Shown one piece after another: positions 9,401 through 19,500 of a stretch of DNA of 64,000 nt. A program made the position numbers and the translations under genes. Origin of the DNA: Patescibacteria group bacterium (GTDB taxonomy: Bacteria; Patescibacteriota; Dojkabacteria; J137); NCBI GenBank assembly GCA_016861265.1, contig BOLA01000001.1, positions 331,569 through 395,568 of the forward strand, in the 5' to 3' direction. Each line of letters begins with the position of its first letter. The stretch's first letter is position 1. The notes under the pieces were generated by a model. The model was not told where the DNA came from and did no database searches. It saw only the letters and a program-made list of their open reading frames with translations.

Positions 9401-10215
9401 AGAGAGCTGTCGGTTGGAGCCGGAGTCTCATCACCCCATCCACCTGTTAAGTTACAATCAGTACCAGTAAAGTCTGGTTGGCCCCATACATCGTCAGCTA
9501 TTTGATCTGTTGTAAATGGACTAATGTATTTAAGTACTCTATTATTTACTACATCGGCTATATATAAATCTCCATTTGAATCTACAAACATGCTTGTAAA
9601 TGTCTTATGTTCTAATGTTGTATGTGTCCATTCGGGAATGCCGCATATTGTAGAAGCCGATGCGGGAGTTGCCTCTGGATAATATTGAAAACTTGCATCT
9701 TGATTACAAGCACCATAATCGTTTAGACTGGGCTGACCTATTACAATATCACCTGTACATCTTTCTTCAGAATCTGTGGCATAACAATCTGCTAAATTAA
9801 TTCCAAGAATTCTGCTATTACCGGAATCCCAAATATATGCTCTACCAGGACTTACCGATCTATCAACAATCACTCCTCCAGGCGAAGAAACCTTATCTGC
9901 GACAACTTCTCTAGGTGAAATTTCACCAAAGCTACGTTTTCCCAATACAATATCCGCCCACAGGTCATTAGGTTGTCCTCTTATTGCTCCATTCACGTCG
10001 GCTTCAATAAACGAAGTAAAATATTGAGAAAGTGTAAACCCAAATACAGAAATAAATATAAGCAATGCGGAAACTAAAATAATAGGCAGTCCTATTTTCT
10101 TTTTTTTGTTATATCGTTTTACTCGAAACATTATTCCTATTTTAGAGTAATTATTACCAATAATCAAAATGTAAATAACGGCTATGTCCCTAAGCATGCT
10201 GACAGACACTGACAA
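6463..10215 (-). CDS. Large surface protein with NHL-repeat beta-propeller, an Asn/Gly-rich low-complexity linker, and a C-terminal membrane module containing carboxypeptidase-regulatory-like domains.
   Basis: NHL-type repeats are present (GDLYIADVVNNRVLKY, NLWVADGGNYRVLRF, DMYIADTGNTRVQLF, NRVFRI). There is a transmembrane helix, then a domain with GRYKLLSLPSRNLTIEVKALGYEYF, then two further transmembrane helices and a second similar domain. The true start is probably the internal Met at MFRVKRYNKKKK, which is followed by a signal anchor. Confidence 0.7.
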   Translation of the reverse strand: MSVSVSMLRDIAVIYILIIGNNYSKIGIMFRVKRYNKKKKIGLPIILVSALLIFISVFGFTLSQYFTSFIEADVNGAIRGQPNDLWADIVLGKRSFGEISPREVVADKVSSPGGVIVDRSVSPGRAYIWDSGNSRILGINLADCYATDSEERCTGDIVIGQPSLNDYGACNQDASFQYYPEATPASASTICGIPEWTHTTLEHKTFTSMFVDSNGDLYIADVVNNRVLKYISPFTTDQIADDVWGQPDFTGTDCNLTGGWGDETPAPTDSSLCFSSTYSGGAGVSLDDDGNLWVADGGNYRVLRFPNNSGTIAKTADIVIGQESFTTIESNDTADRLRSPTSIRFASNGDMYIADTGNTRVQLFKAPFTTGMNAFETVLDSDTLTGGLVSIEMFPDGNGFWTYEGEDAGAGFRDWDLDGAWLGHHFTNWNPGGGSIGIDTEGNILVSAYVYQQDVARFAYDSNDDIYTADKSFFYPPGGYNLTTARRLEQGGWGGLAVNNNQLIVADGRLLYWNDPLNKTSGVAPDGYVGAASATDKPDPGYSIMKSDLDGKVYVVKGTQIYVYQAPLNNSSTPITILTPSFNAKGGGSVSILNTIGGIAVAPHSEYLWVSNPDNNRVFRIHDPLDNPVVDIVLGQTSLSGVECNKGIVAPPNIDGNVTADRSMLCIPGALSLDNNENLFVSDHFFEAAGNWRLLMFGDDLFPANPDNIIFNLSATKEFPRVNNITQFGAATFETAFDSTNRMVVGYNPYFGPRFLEYFNNPTTVNLSNRSDPVYAVADGRFKDFGGWVFSLTFDSNDNLFAYDTNRGQVLIYKDPFGTPDSGGGDNGGGDNVSGNNGGNGGNNNNGGNNSTGNGGNNTGNLGNNNNAITTGNNVSSNNKPVSYIPVKEQYPVSFANNDTKTTVNNGNPEQAIDELVNNTESEKTLSLVMSVLVEFAKSSNPNYPLNFAAVLLFLILLLLGIYLAFSKGNILGVIPLLTDSLLNRNKNYGGVIYNSTTLKPISFAKVSILRKSVMANNVAADQIETYLTDLEGRYKLLSLPSRNLTIEVKALGYEYFLKPLPGNLDIALDPTKEVTTARRLFAFNTNSLIKWSRIAYVLAAIWGYIVTIYEQVAQPSTQNVILLAIYSVLFIIVSYPSLYSLFLKKVTVMGNDSKLAGAVVRIYKDRKLIDMDLTDKKGVAKFGIEEGIYTAIATKPGFGVEESELEIGEENKIKAQLNLKPSTQSENLTSNLDLHDQVIQENHNKFNLH

Positions 10216-10284
10216 CAGAAGTTGATATTTCTATATATCTAGTATATAATAATATATAGCTCATTTTATGGAGGTGTCGTCATC

Positions 10285-10749
10285 ATGCTTAGGGACATTC
10301 GGTCCAACCGTTTGCGGATCTTTTTCAATGGCGAGAATACCATCCAGCGGGTGGAATTCTACGGCGAAGAAGGAGAAATCCTGACGGTCATGTTCAAGAC
10401 ATGGGGTATTTATACCCCGAACAATCCTGCTCCCATTCGGCTCGAAGTCGACTGTGGTGGGTTTGTTCAGTCCGTAGATGAGTTCGGCGAGGTAACTTTT
10501 GCTACCTGCTTCCTGGTAAAACAGGAAGGGGCATTAGTCCAGCCGGAACTCGAAGCGGAAGTGAGTGCATTTGTTCTTAAAAACCAGTCGTTCGCCATCG
10601 AAATGAAAGACGATGATGGGTTGGTAATCCTAGAGATTCCCCAAACTTTGAAGATGAGGGGGATTCAAGAGGGTACTCAATTCTACTTCCACGAATGGAC
10701 GTTTGACTATCCGATCATTCTTATGGTCGACGATGGTCAAGGGATTTAA
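10285..10749 (+). CDS. Hypothetical protein (154 aa). It is GC-rich and carries a strong Shine-Dalgarno sequence.
   Basis: GGAGGTG lies 8 nt upstream of the ATG. GC is about 50%. A GC-rich hairpin (GTGGCGC...GCGCCAC) follows the stop codon. Confidence 0.5.
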   Translation: MLRDIRSNRLRIFFNGENTIQRVEFYGEEGEILTVMFKTWGIYTPNNPAPIRLEVDCGGFVQSVDEFGEVTFATCFLVKQEGALVQPELEAEVSAFVLKNQSFAIEMKDDDGLVILEIPQTLKMRGIQEGTQFYFHEWTFDYPIILMVDDGQGI

Positions 10750-10791
10750 CGAACAAACAAAGTGGCGCGCATAACCAAGGCGCCACAAAAT

Positions 10792-11775
10792 TTATTGTTC
10801 AAAGACTTCGTTTAATTCGTCACAATACTCTCTTGTTTCTTCGTTAGTAAATAGATGACATCTGTCAGTTATTGCCTCACCAGCAACATTCCCATGATAG
10901 TATGCATTATCAGTATCTAATTCCATATTAGGAGCAACAGTATTATTTATTCCATGACCAGCTCCTTCAAGATGTGCAATTTCATGGGCTGCTACATTTC
11001 CCTCTGAATACTGCTCATTTCTATAGAAAACTAAGTTCTCACCTATATTTATTACTGCCGCTGAATAACTATTATTATTGCAATATCCGTTAGAAGCCTT
11101 TAATTTTGTGCCATCAAAATCTACAACTCCCGAAAATGAGTGATAAGCAGTTCTACTTACTTGTCTTTGCAATTGATTTATCTGATATGTATTTGCGAAT
11201 ATTATTAGCTCAGGCTTTGTAGTCTGACAATGATTAGCTGGATATCTACTAATTCGTTCTCTAAGAACTCTTCTAAGTTCTATTATCTGTTCATCTGTAA
11301 GATATTGCGGAGTACCAAATATAATTAAATTTTCCTCAGGATATTCTCTAAATGGAAGATCAACTCCACTATTGTCGTTTGACCCTTCAATTATTTGCCT
11401 GGCTATGTCACACTCTCGTATTGCAGTTAAATCAGCAAATACCCACCCCTGTACACCATCTTCATCTTCAATTAAATGTCAGCCATGTTGAGAGTAATTA
11501 TAATCCGCAAGCTCTTGAGGGGATAAAGATCCTAATATGTTTCCATCTAGACTAGATTCAGATCTAATGTTCGCGCCTGTAGAATTTGTTCGGGTAATAA
11601 CACAGTTCAAACCCTGGGCTGATGAAGAATTGCCCCCGGTCAAGAAACTAAGTGCAACTACTGCGTTTAATATGAATTTCTTTATTTTCTTGCTAGGAAT
11701 AAGATTTATACCTAGATCATTTACTATTTGTGAAAGAAATTGTTTGTTAGGAGATTCAAAACTTATTGATTCCAT
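10792..11775 (-). pseudogene. Secreted metzincin-type zinc metalloprotease gene interrupted by a single in-frame TGA at 11479-11481.
   Basis: My manual translation shows the two ORF-track pieces (11479..11775 and 10792..11172) lie in one continuous frame, broken only by this TGA. The N-terminus has a signal peptide and the C-terminal part carries the HEIAHLEGAGH (HExxHxxGxxH) zinc-binding motif. Confidence 0.6.
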
Positions 11776-11813
11776 TAGTGATTAGTTTGATTGTCAATAT
11801 CGATTACATAAAG

Positions 11814-11886
11814 TATGCCCGTGAGGATTCGAACCTCAGACCTACTGCTTAGAAGGCAGTTGCTCTATCCACTGAGCTACGGGCAC
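11814..11886 (-). tRNA. tRNA-Arg (anticodon TCT).
   Basis: A manual cloverleaf fold gives an acceptor stem GTGCCCG/CGGGCAT with a terminal G-U pair, a GCTC/GAGC D-stem, anticodon loop CTTCTAA, and T-loop TTCGAAT. CCA is not encoded. Confidence 0.85.
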
Positions 11887-12051
11887 ATAGTAAATATTGC
11901 GCAGTTTTTTAATGATTCAAACTATATCCTAAATGGACTATAAGGGTCATGTTTTCGACTTTACTACGTTTGTCTTAAACGACCTTATTGTGCACTTGGC
12001 TACACTGACTGTAGCATGCGTAATTTTAGCACTTTCGCTATTCAAATAACA

Positions 12052-12126
12052 TGGTGGGTCCGGTGGGATTCGAACCCACGACCAATCGCTTAAGAGGCGA
12101 CTGCTCTACCACTGAGCTACGAACCC
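12052..12126 (-). tRNA. tRNA-Lys (anticodon CTT), with an encoded CCA.
   Basis: A manual fold gives an acceptor stem GGGTTCG/CGGACCC, D-arm GCTCAGTGGTAGAGC, anticodon loop CTCTTAA, and T-loop TTCGAAT. Confidence 0.85.
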
Positions 12127-12280
12127 TTATAAATACGTAGCAAAAAAACACCTAAATTAGGCTTGTGAATTATATAAAAAAGTTGGGTACTTGTCCATCT
12201 ATTAAAAGATTTAATTATCCTTTACAGACTTGTTTATTTGACGATTTGAAGGAGAGTTTCTGATAGGATAGGAAAGGATC

Positions 12281-12306
12281 GGGCAGCAACCAAAAAGCTG
12301 CTGCCC
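12281..12306 (-). terminator. GC-rich hairpin downstream of the small basic-protein gene.
   Basis: The stem is GGGCAGCA/TGCTGCCC (8 bp) with a 10-nt loop. The downstream U-tract on the minus strand is weak. Confidence 0.35.
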
Positions 12307-12329
12307 ACTTCTCAAAACAAATGAGGGGA

Positions 12330-12464
12330 CTACCCGCCGTGCCGCCGCTTACGGCGATCTTCCTTCCGCTCACGCCTCAGAGTGAGGCGCTTCGCACGCT
12401 TCTTGGAGATCGTCTTGCCGTTCGCCGACTGACTACGCCCGGATTGATCAGACTTACCGTCCAT
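12330..12464 (-). CDS. Small, highly basic protein (44 aa), GC-rich.
   Basis: GAGGTGG precedes the ATG. The translation is MDGKSDQSGRSQSANGKTISKKRAKRLTLRREREDRRKRRHGG. Codons are GC-rich, unlike the surrounding genes. Confidence 0.4.
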   Translation of the reverse strand: MDGKSDQSGRSQSANGKTISKKRAKRLTLRRERKEDRRKRRHGG

Positions 12465-12637
12465 GATCCACCTCGAAAATATTTTGCGATAACGCAATTT
12501 TACTAATTTTTAGTAATATGTCAATAAATTTTTATTAATATAATGGTTTGGGGAAAAGGTTTATAGAAAACGAATCACAGAGAAAGATACCTCCGGCTAA
12601 AATTACCCTTCTCTATGATTCTGACGTTCCGCTCTTT

Positions 12638-13249
12638 TCACGGCTTGTTACGGCGCACGAGCCAACGGATGAACAAAATCACGACCACGTATGCAATGCC
12701 GAAGTACAGCACGTCGTTCAGCACGAAACTGATGCGCATTTGGTCGTATGCCGAGATGCCAGTTCCATTGCCCCTAACGAAGATGTCCACACAATATATA
12801 ACTGTGTAGGACAACCTAAAGAGGATAAAGAAGCTGACCGCGACAAGCGCGTCGCCCAGAAACTCTTTCGCTTTTCCTTTGCCGGGGATTGTGTCCATCG
12901 GCATTGCGAAAAAGATGTAGGCAAAAATCGGGATGATGAAGTTCCCATACAGCATCAGTTCGTTCATGACGGGGTCGAGCGTGAACGCCAAACCATCGAT
13001 GCCGTATCTGGAGTAGAACAGAGCCTTTACGAGGGCAACGTAAACCGTGCCCACTGCGATCAGGACATAGCCGATCCAGAACAGGATCCGGCTCCGTGCA
13101 AGCATGGTGAAGAACCCCCCGATGGCTTGAGTCACCGACTTGCTGCCCTTCGGAAGAGCTGGTTTCTTGATGTTCTTGAACCAGTCCACCACCGCGTCCC
13201 GCCGCTCCTTGAGAGCTGCCATTGGGTTTAACTTTGCCGTTGCTGCCAT
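12638..13249 (-). CDS. Integral membrane protein (about 203 aa), GC-rich.
   Basis: The start is MAATAK, preceded by AAAGAGGTG. Several hydrophobic helices are present. GC is about 55% with G/C-ending codons. The overlapping plus-strand ORF (12548..13231) was rejected as an antisense artefact. Confidence 0.6.
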   Translation of the reverse strand: MAATAKLNPMAALKERRDAVVDWFKNIKKPALPKGSKSVTQAIGGFFTMLARSRILFWIGYVLIAVGTVYVALVKALFYSRYGIDGLAFTLDPVMNELMLYGNFIIPIFAYIFFAMPMDTIPGKGKAKEFLGDALVAVSFFILFRLSYTVIYCVDIFVRGNGTGISAYDQMRISFVLNDVLYFGIAYVVVILFIRWLVRRNKP

Positions 13250-13270
13250 TTTACACCTCTTTGTTTGAGT

Positions 13271-13323
13271 TTGTGCCGGAGCTTCAAAGATCAAATATAT
13301 TAATCTATAGAGCTCCGGCACAA
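13271..13323. promoter_or_regulatory. Perfect 13-bp inverted repeat (TTGTGCCGGAGCT ... AGCTCCGGCACAA) with a 27-nt AT-rich spacer, about 20 nt upstream of the GC-rich membrane-protein gene.
   Basis: Read directly from the sequence. It is an operator-like or attenuator-like structure. Confidence 0.4.
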
Positions 13324-13446
13324 GGTAATTGTATCTTTCTCTGTTAATGAGCAAGCTATTTTATTAGCTCTATACAACAATTATACCATTTTTACTCAAA
13401 AGTTACCACTGAATGGCAACTAAAATACCATAAGTTAATTCTATAC

Positions 13447-13482
13447 AAAAAAAGTAATAGGGCTCTGTTCTAGAGCCCTATT
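13447..13482 (-). terminator. Rho-independent terminator downstream of the 2079-aa gene.
   Basis: An 11-bp stem AATAGGGCTCT/AGAGCCCTATT with a 5-nt loop is followed on the minus strand by ACTTTTTTT. Confidence 0.7.
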
Positions 13483-13501
13483 TAGACTACTTTAAACCCT
13501 T

Positions 13502-16500
13502 TTACATCATTCCGAATTTACTCTGTGCATTTGAACCCATTTCCTGATAGGTTTTTCGTTGCATAGGAATTTGTATATTCAAAAGACTCTCCTTTTCCAG
13601 ATTTACTTCCATGTATGGTACACCAGTAGCGTCTTTAAACTTTGCAGTTGATTCCTCTATTTTATATTGAAGATTTTCTGCTTTAATAAGGTAGCTGCCT
13701 GGTTTTAAGAATAGATTATATTTTCCTAAATTATCTGTAACCACCGAACCCAGTTGTCTACCACTTTCTTTTTCAAATATTCTTACAAATATGCCTTTTA
13801 AGTTTTCACCGGAGTTAGCTTCGAATACTCGACCTCCTTTGTTTCTACTAATTAAATAGTATGCTGCAATTTGAACAATGAATACAATTAATACCACAAG
13901 GTTTAATGTATTTGGCGCAACTAGCATGGTAATTAAAGAAAATATAAAGCCAATAAAGAATATAAACGTATTAATTTTAGGCATGTTATTCTTTAGCCAA
14001 TTTCTTAAAACTAACCATTTGTCGTATTTAGGGTCAACTGGAGTTAACGCAATATCAATGTTTACTGCCTCATCTGTTATGGCAATATTATTTCTGAATT
14101 CTTCGTACCCATTTACCTTTGCTTCTAGTAAATAATTTCCAGATTTTGCAGCAATTGAATATTTACCATTTAAATCGCTTATCTCTTCTGCAATAAATTG
14201 ATTACTCATGTCCAGTATTCTTACTGTTACAAATGGAACCGGTTTATTATTTGTTGCATCGAATACAAGTCCCCAAGACAACTTCTTTCTTCTTTTTCTA
14301 AACCATACAAACGCATACATAACTGCATTTGGATAACTAACTGCCGTTAATGCTGTTGCTGCAGTTGTTGTAACAACTAAGGCTGTTGGTAAACTACCTG
14401 TCTTTGCAGAGTTGTTAAATGCTTCTACTACTGTTTCAATAATTGTCCTTGTAGGTTCCTCTGCTGTAGGTTCTGCTACGGTCGGAGTAGGAACGCTAGT
14501 ATCTACTGGGTTATTTTCTGCTACTGGGTGGGTCGCTGGCGAATTTGGATCGTGTGGATCTGTTGGTTCAAATGTTTCGTTGCTACATACTGTTGTATTA
14601 ATTGTAAAGTAGCAACCCAAGACTTCTTCGCCATCTAACAGACTGTCGTTATCGGTATTTGCATCTAAAGGATCTGTTGGCTCAAATGTTACAGAACTAC
14701 ACTCTGTAGTTCCTTGATTGTATACACAACCATCTACTTCCTCACCATCTAGCAATCCATCGTCATCTGAATCACTATCGTTTGGGTTAGTTCCCAAAGA
14801 AATTTCTTCCTGGTTTGTTAAGCCATCGTTATCATCATCTGCATTTGTATCTGGGGATGGTGTATTAGTTGTAGTAGGCTGTACAACTACAATTGTTAGT
14901 GTAGATTCTAAATTACCATAAGGACCTGTACCTGTTAATGTATATGCTGTAGTTGTTGTAGGCGTTACAACAGTTGATCCATTTAGTGAATTTAAGGTTC
15001 CTACTCCTCTATTTATACTTAGCGCCGTTAAATTGCTTGTAGTCCAGTTTAATGTAACAGATTCTCCTAAGTTGATTGTAGTCTTATTCGCAGTAAAATT
15101 AATTGTAGGTACTGGCGTTACCGGTACTTCGGTTATTGTTATTAAATTTGATAGATAAACAACACTGTCGTATAACGCACTTATGTAGTAAGTTCCCGGA
15201 GCAGTTATTCTAAGATTATTTACACTGAATTCTCCATTAACTAATTCAATATTACCGTAATTAATTAATGTATTCTTTGTAGTGGAGGTTACTGAGTCAA
15301 TTAGATTTATAACTAGACCACCATTAAAATTCTGATTACTAAAACCAAGTTCATCAACAACCTTTGCAGTAAAGTTTAAATTATCAGCAGTGGTTCCTGT
15401 ATTAGGCAATACATTTAAATCAAGAGTATATGTATCGGCTTGTTCTTCGTCCTGGTAGGCACCGAATGCAAGTGTATAGGAATCTATAACTGGCGTTGAA
15501 TCGTTAATCTCTGTCATTTCAATCTTGAATTTAACTCTATAATCGTTTTGCGACATATTCAAGATTTCTGCCAGTGTTATTGGGTTCCAGGTTACACCGT
15601 CATCTACCGATACAAAGTAAGAAACAGCTCCATTTAACTGCTGTGCAGTCACTTTAGGGAACAACAAGTTCTTTAACTTAGTAAATAAGTTATTATCCTG
15701 TTCAGGTGTACTAGAGTTTGCTACCGTAATAACTCCTACATCTTGAACATCTCGTAATTCAAAATAATTTGCGAATAGTCTATTTTCCGGTGTCGAATAG
15801 ATAACAGCCTGTCCAACGTCTTGCCAGCCTCTTATTAAGTCGTATTTTTGGAATCCATCAACATCTCCGTTTACATATAAAGTGTTATAGTCCTGTACCA
15901 CATAAACGGCACTTCCTCTATATGCGTTACTAGTATCAACCCCTCTATTATTTGTGGTAATGTTTAATCTTATATATGTATCATCAAGTAAATCTGTGTA
16001 GGTATCATTAAAGTTTAAGTAGTATGCATCTCCCAATTCACCGGTTAAGAATAATTGATCACCCACATCGTTTTGACCTTCAATGTATGTAATATCGTAT
16101 ACATTCAAGTTTTTAATCTGGGCTGAATCGGCCAGTTTAAGCACTGTATCATCAGATGCATCTCCTGGGGTGGTGTGGGAATCTAATACCACATACAATC
16201 CTCCTGTTTGATTGTAACCAGCCATACCTACTAGCAAGTAACCATTTGGATCGACCAATACACCAAATACACTGCCGTTATTTTCAAATTGGGCGTTTGA
16301 ATATTCAGCTAAAGTGTCATCCCCAAAGTTAGTTGGAGTATTATTATCGTTTAATTTTGCTAATCCAATTCCATATCTTGGAACATATAATTCGTTTCTC
16401 TGAAAGTCGAACGATAGCCCCAAGGCACTTCCATCTGGAAGTGAGCTTACAACCGTATAAGTATCATCTCCAGTATTTGTTAACGTATTATTTAAATCTA

Positions 16501-19500
16501 AATACCCAACAGTTCCGCCAACATTTATATATGCAGCCAATCGTCCTCTTGTATCCGGAACTATACTGCCTAATTGGTAGTAGGATATCTCAACTGCAAC
16601 ATTATCAGTTAGGTTATAAACTTGAAGTCTATATAAATCAGAAGTCCATAGGTATGTCTTTCCATTCAGTACAGACAATTCTATTGTTTGCATTGGACCA
16701 TCTAGGTTAGTAAGTCCCCAACTTACAGGATCAAGTACAGTACTCTGTCCTGTTGAAATATCGTAGCTTACAACCTGACTTGTTCTTGTATACCAAATCC
16801 TATTACTATTGGTTGGATCTTTTTCAACTAAATATTTGTTATAGCCTGTATTTTGATACTTTGTTGGATAGTTTGTAGTATCAATTGATGTTCTAACTGT
16901 TGAGATTGTTTCTCTAAGTCTTAATCTACCATTACCCCAAATTAAATTCGATTCCGATAATACATGATTTGTATGATCATTAAAGTCTTCAGTCTCTATA
17001 ATTAATTGTGGCTCACTTAGTACAGGAGCAATAATTGTAAATTCATCACTCTTTGTGGTTACTAAGGCCTGGCTGTCACTACACTCTACTTCGACAGTGT
17101 GTGTGCCTAGCGAAAGCGTTGGTAAGTCAAATGAATACTCTTCAATTATTTCTCCAAGATCGCCATCTAAAGGTGTAATATCCTGCCAAGATCCTTCATC
17201 AAGTCTGTATCTTAATTGTGATACTACAGAATTTGTATCATACAAGCTATTATCAGAACAACTTCCGGTAATTCTTGGAGAGTCGTCCATTGTTGGATCA
17301 GGTCTAATTGCTTCTAAGTATAGAGTTGGTGCAGTCGAGTCTTCAGCTTCAACTGTAAAGAAGTCACTTCCAATATATGTTGCATCTTTACTTGCAACAT
17401 CTCTAGGATTTAGTCTTACAAAAATAATACCGTCTGGCAACTCTATTGGAATAGTAAATGTTACTATTTCTTCTGCATCACCAAAAGAATCATCTTGGGT
17501 AACATCTTCAGGTAAAAATCCGTTATATAGTTCAGTAAATAGATTATCTTTATATACAGTTAATTGTAACTGTTCAATACCTACATCATCAGTACAAATA
17601 ACATTTGTGTAAGTTACAGTATTAGAATTTACAACCGAATTTTGACTAGGCAAGTCGCAGAATGGATCTTCCTGATCGTCTACGAAATCGAATACAAATT
17701 CCTGACTTACAAATTTACCACTGTAGTCGTATGCTGTAACAATTACAGTATTTGTTCCCTCATTAATATAAGGAATAGTAAAGTCGAATGATTTATTGTT
17801 ACTATCACCGTCTAGTGTAATAGAAACGGGGCTATCCTCGTTTAGTTGATATTCAGCATAATCAACAGCCACATCATCTGTAACTGTTCCCACAAATTGC
17901 ACTCCATTCGATGCCATTGATCCTGGTGAAGTTGTAAATTCTATAACCGGGTTTTCTAGGTCTTCCACTGAACCTCCTGGCACATAAGTGTAGCTGTTAG
18001 GAGATAATACCGGACCATTTGCTCTTACGGCAACAGCAAGGGCTATGTATTTATCAACACTACCTGGTGTATATAATTCATATTCAGTAGTAGTGTCATA
18101 AGAAGATACAAAGCTTGCTCCAGTTCCGTTGTAAGAATAAATTGTGCTTCCATAGGAAGGAACTAGCATTGTATTAGTATCTGTATAAATTGAACCTATT
18201 ACCAAATCATTTGCCTTACTATTTATAGGCATTAAAAAGTTGGAAGTATTTATATCAGACTTCGCCTGACAAGAGTAATCGCTAAATTCCATGTTATCAG
18301 GATTAGCATTGGAAATAGTAACAGCTGATAATACTAAATCTCTTATATCACTGGCACTTCCTTGAAAATCAAAACTAAAATCAAGAGTTCCTGCTTCAGG
18401 CTTGCCATAGTAATACCAGACTTCGGAAACCATATCGTAAGATGTAGAAAGATCGGTTAACGCCGAGTAACATCTTGGGTAAGTTTCTACCTTTCTGAAT
18501 AAATCCCAATAATTTTGATCGCCAATGTAGCCTATATAATTACTCCACATTCCATACCCGTAAGACTTATAAGATGCAAATACTAAAACCATATTATCTG
18601 TTGGTTCCACATCAATGCTCAAATTTGCAGTTGTAGCATCGTTAAATCTATTGCTTGCAGTACTTGTTATTAACGGTGCAACAGCTTCGGAATATTCTTC
18701 AAAATCTTGAGTGAATACCTTTACTTCGTAATCAACGCTGTTATCATCACCCATTTCGTTTACTTCTATGTTGTATGTACCTGTTTCAGGATTGTTTATT
18801 ACCAATGTTTTATAGTAAGTTTCTTGTGATGAATTTGTTATCTGCCCTGCAAAACCCGGTAAATAGACGGTAAGTCTCAAATCAGTATTGATAGCCTCTT
18901 GAGCAATTAAGCTAACAATTAACTTCTTTGCAGTACCGGAAAAATCAAATGAGTGACTATTTGTTCCAAAATCGAATACTGTATCTGATATGTTGTAAAC
19001 ATCAACACTTGGCTCAGGATTAACTTCGTAATGAACAATTACCCTAAAACCGCCTGGCGTGTCATTTGAATAAATATTCAAGACCCACTCCTGATATTCT
19101 GGGTTTACAATTTCCATGTATTGCGGATCTCCGTCTGGATAGTACATAGTATCGCAGTAATATCTTCCGCATACATTGCCAATTTGAATATCTGTATCAC
19201 TAATAACATCTATTGCTATTCGTGTTGCATTTTGTGGTGTTGAGAAAAAATATTGAGTGTCACTGTAAGAATCTAACTGATCTACTCTAGATAAAACCAC
19301 ATTATCAGGATCAGGATCAGTAATTAGGTTGTAATCAACGTAAACTAGAAAGTTACCCCCAGTTCCATTGCTATCGTAAGGGAAGTTCACAGAGAAGTTC
19401 CAATCACCGCTATAAGGATATTGAATAGTAAAGGATTCGGATTCCGAATCTCGAGTCTCGGAATAATATGAAAAATATGAATTTTCTGGATGTTGAATAT

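Noticed and set aside
12321-12948. Plus-strand and minus-strand ORFs of 61-76 aa inside the GC-rich patch (12321..12506, 12615..12809, 12718..12948).
   Set aside because: High GC content creates long open frames on all strands. These overlap better-supported genes that carry ribosome-binding sites.
12548-13231. 227-aa plus-strand ORF overlapping the GC-rich membrane-protein gene.
   Set aside because: It is the antisense frame of a high-GC gene. It is rich in D, E, H and C and has no hydrophobic core and no ribosome-binding site. The minus-strand frame has transmembrane helices and an AGAGGTG Shine-Dalgarno sequence before MAATAK.
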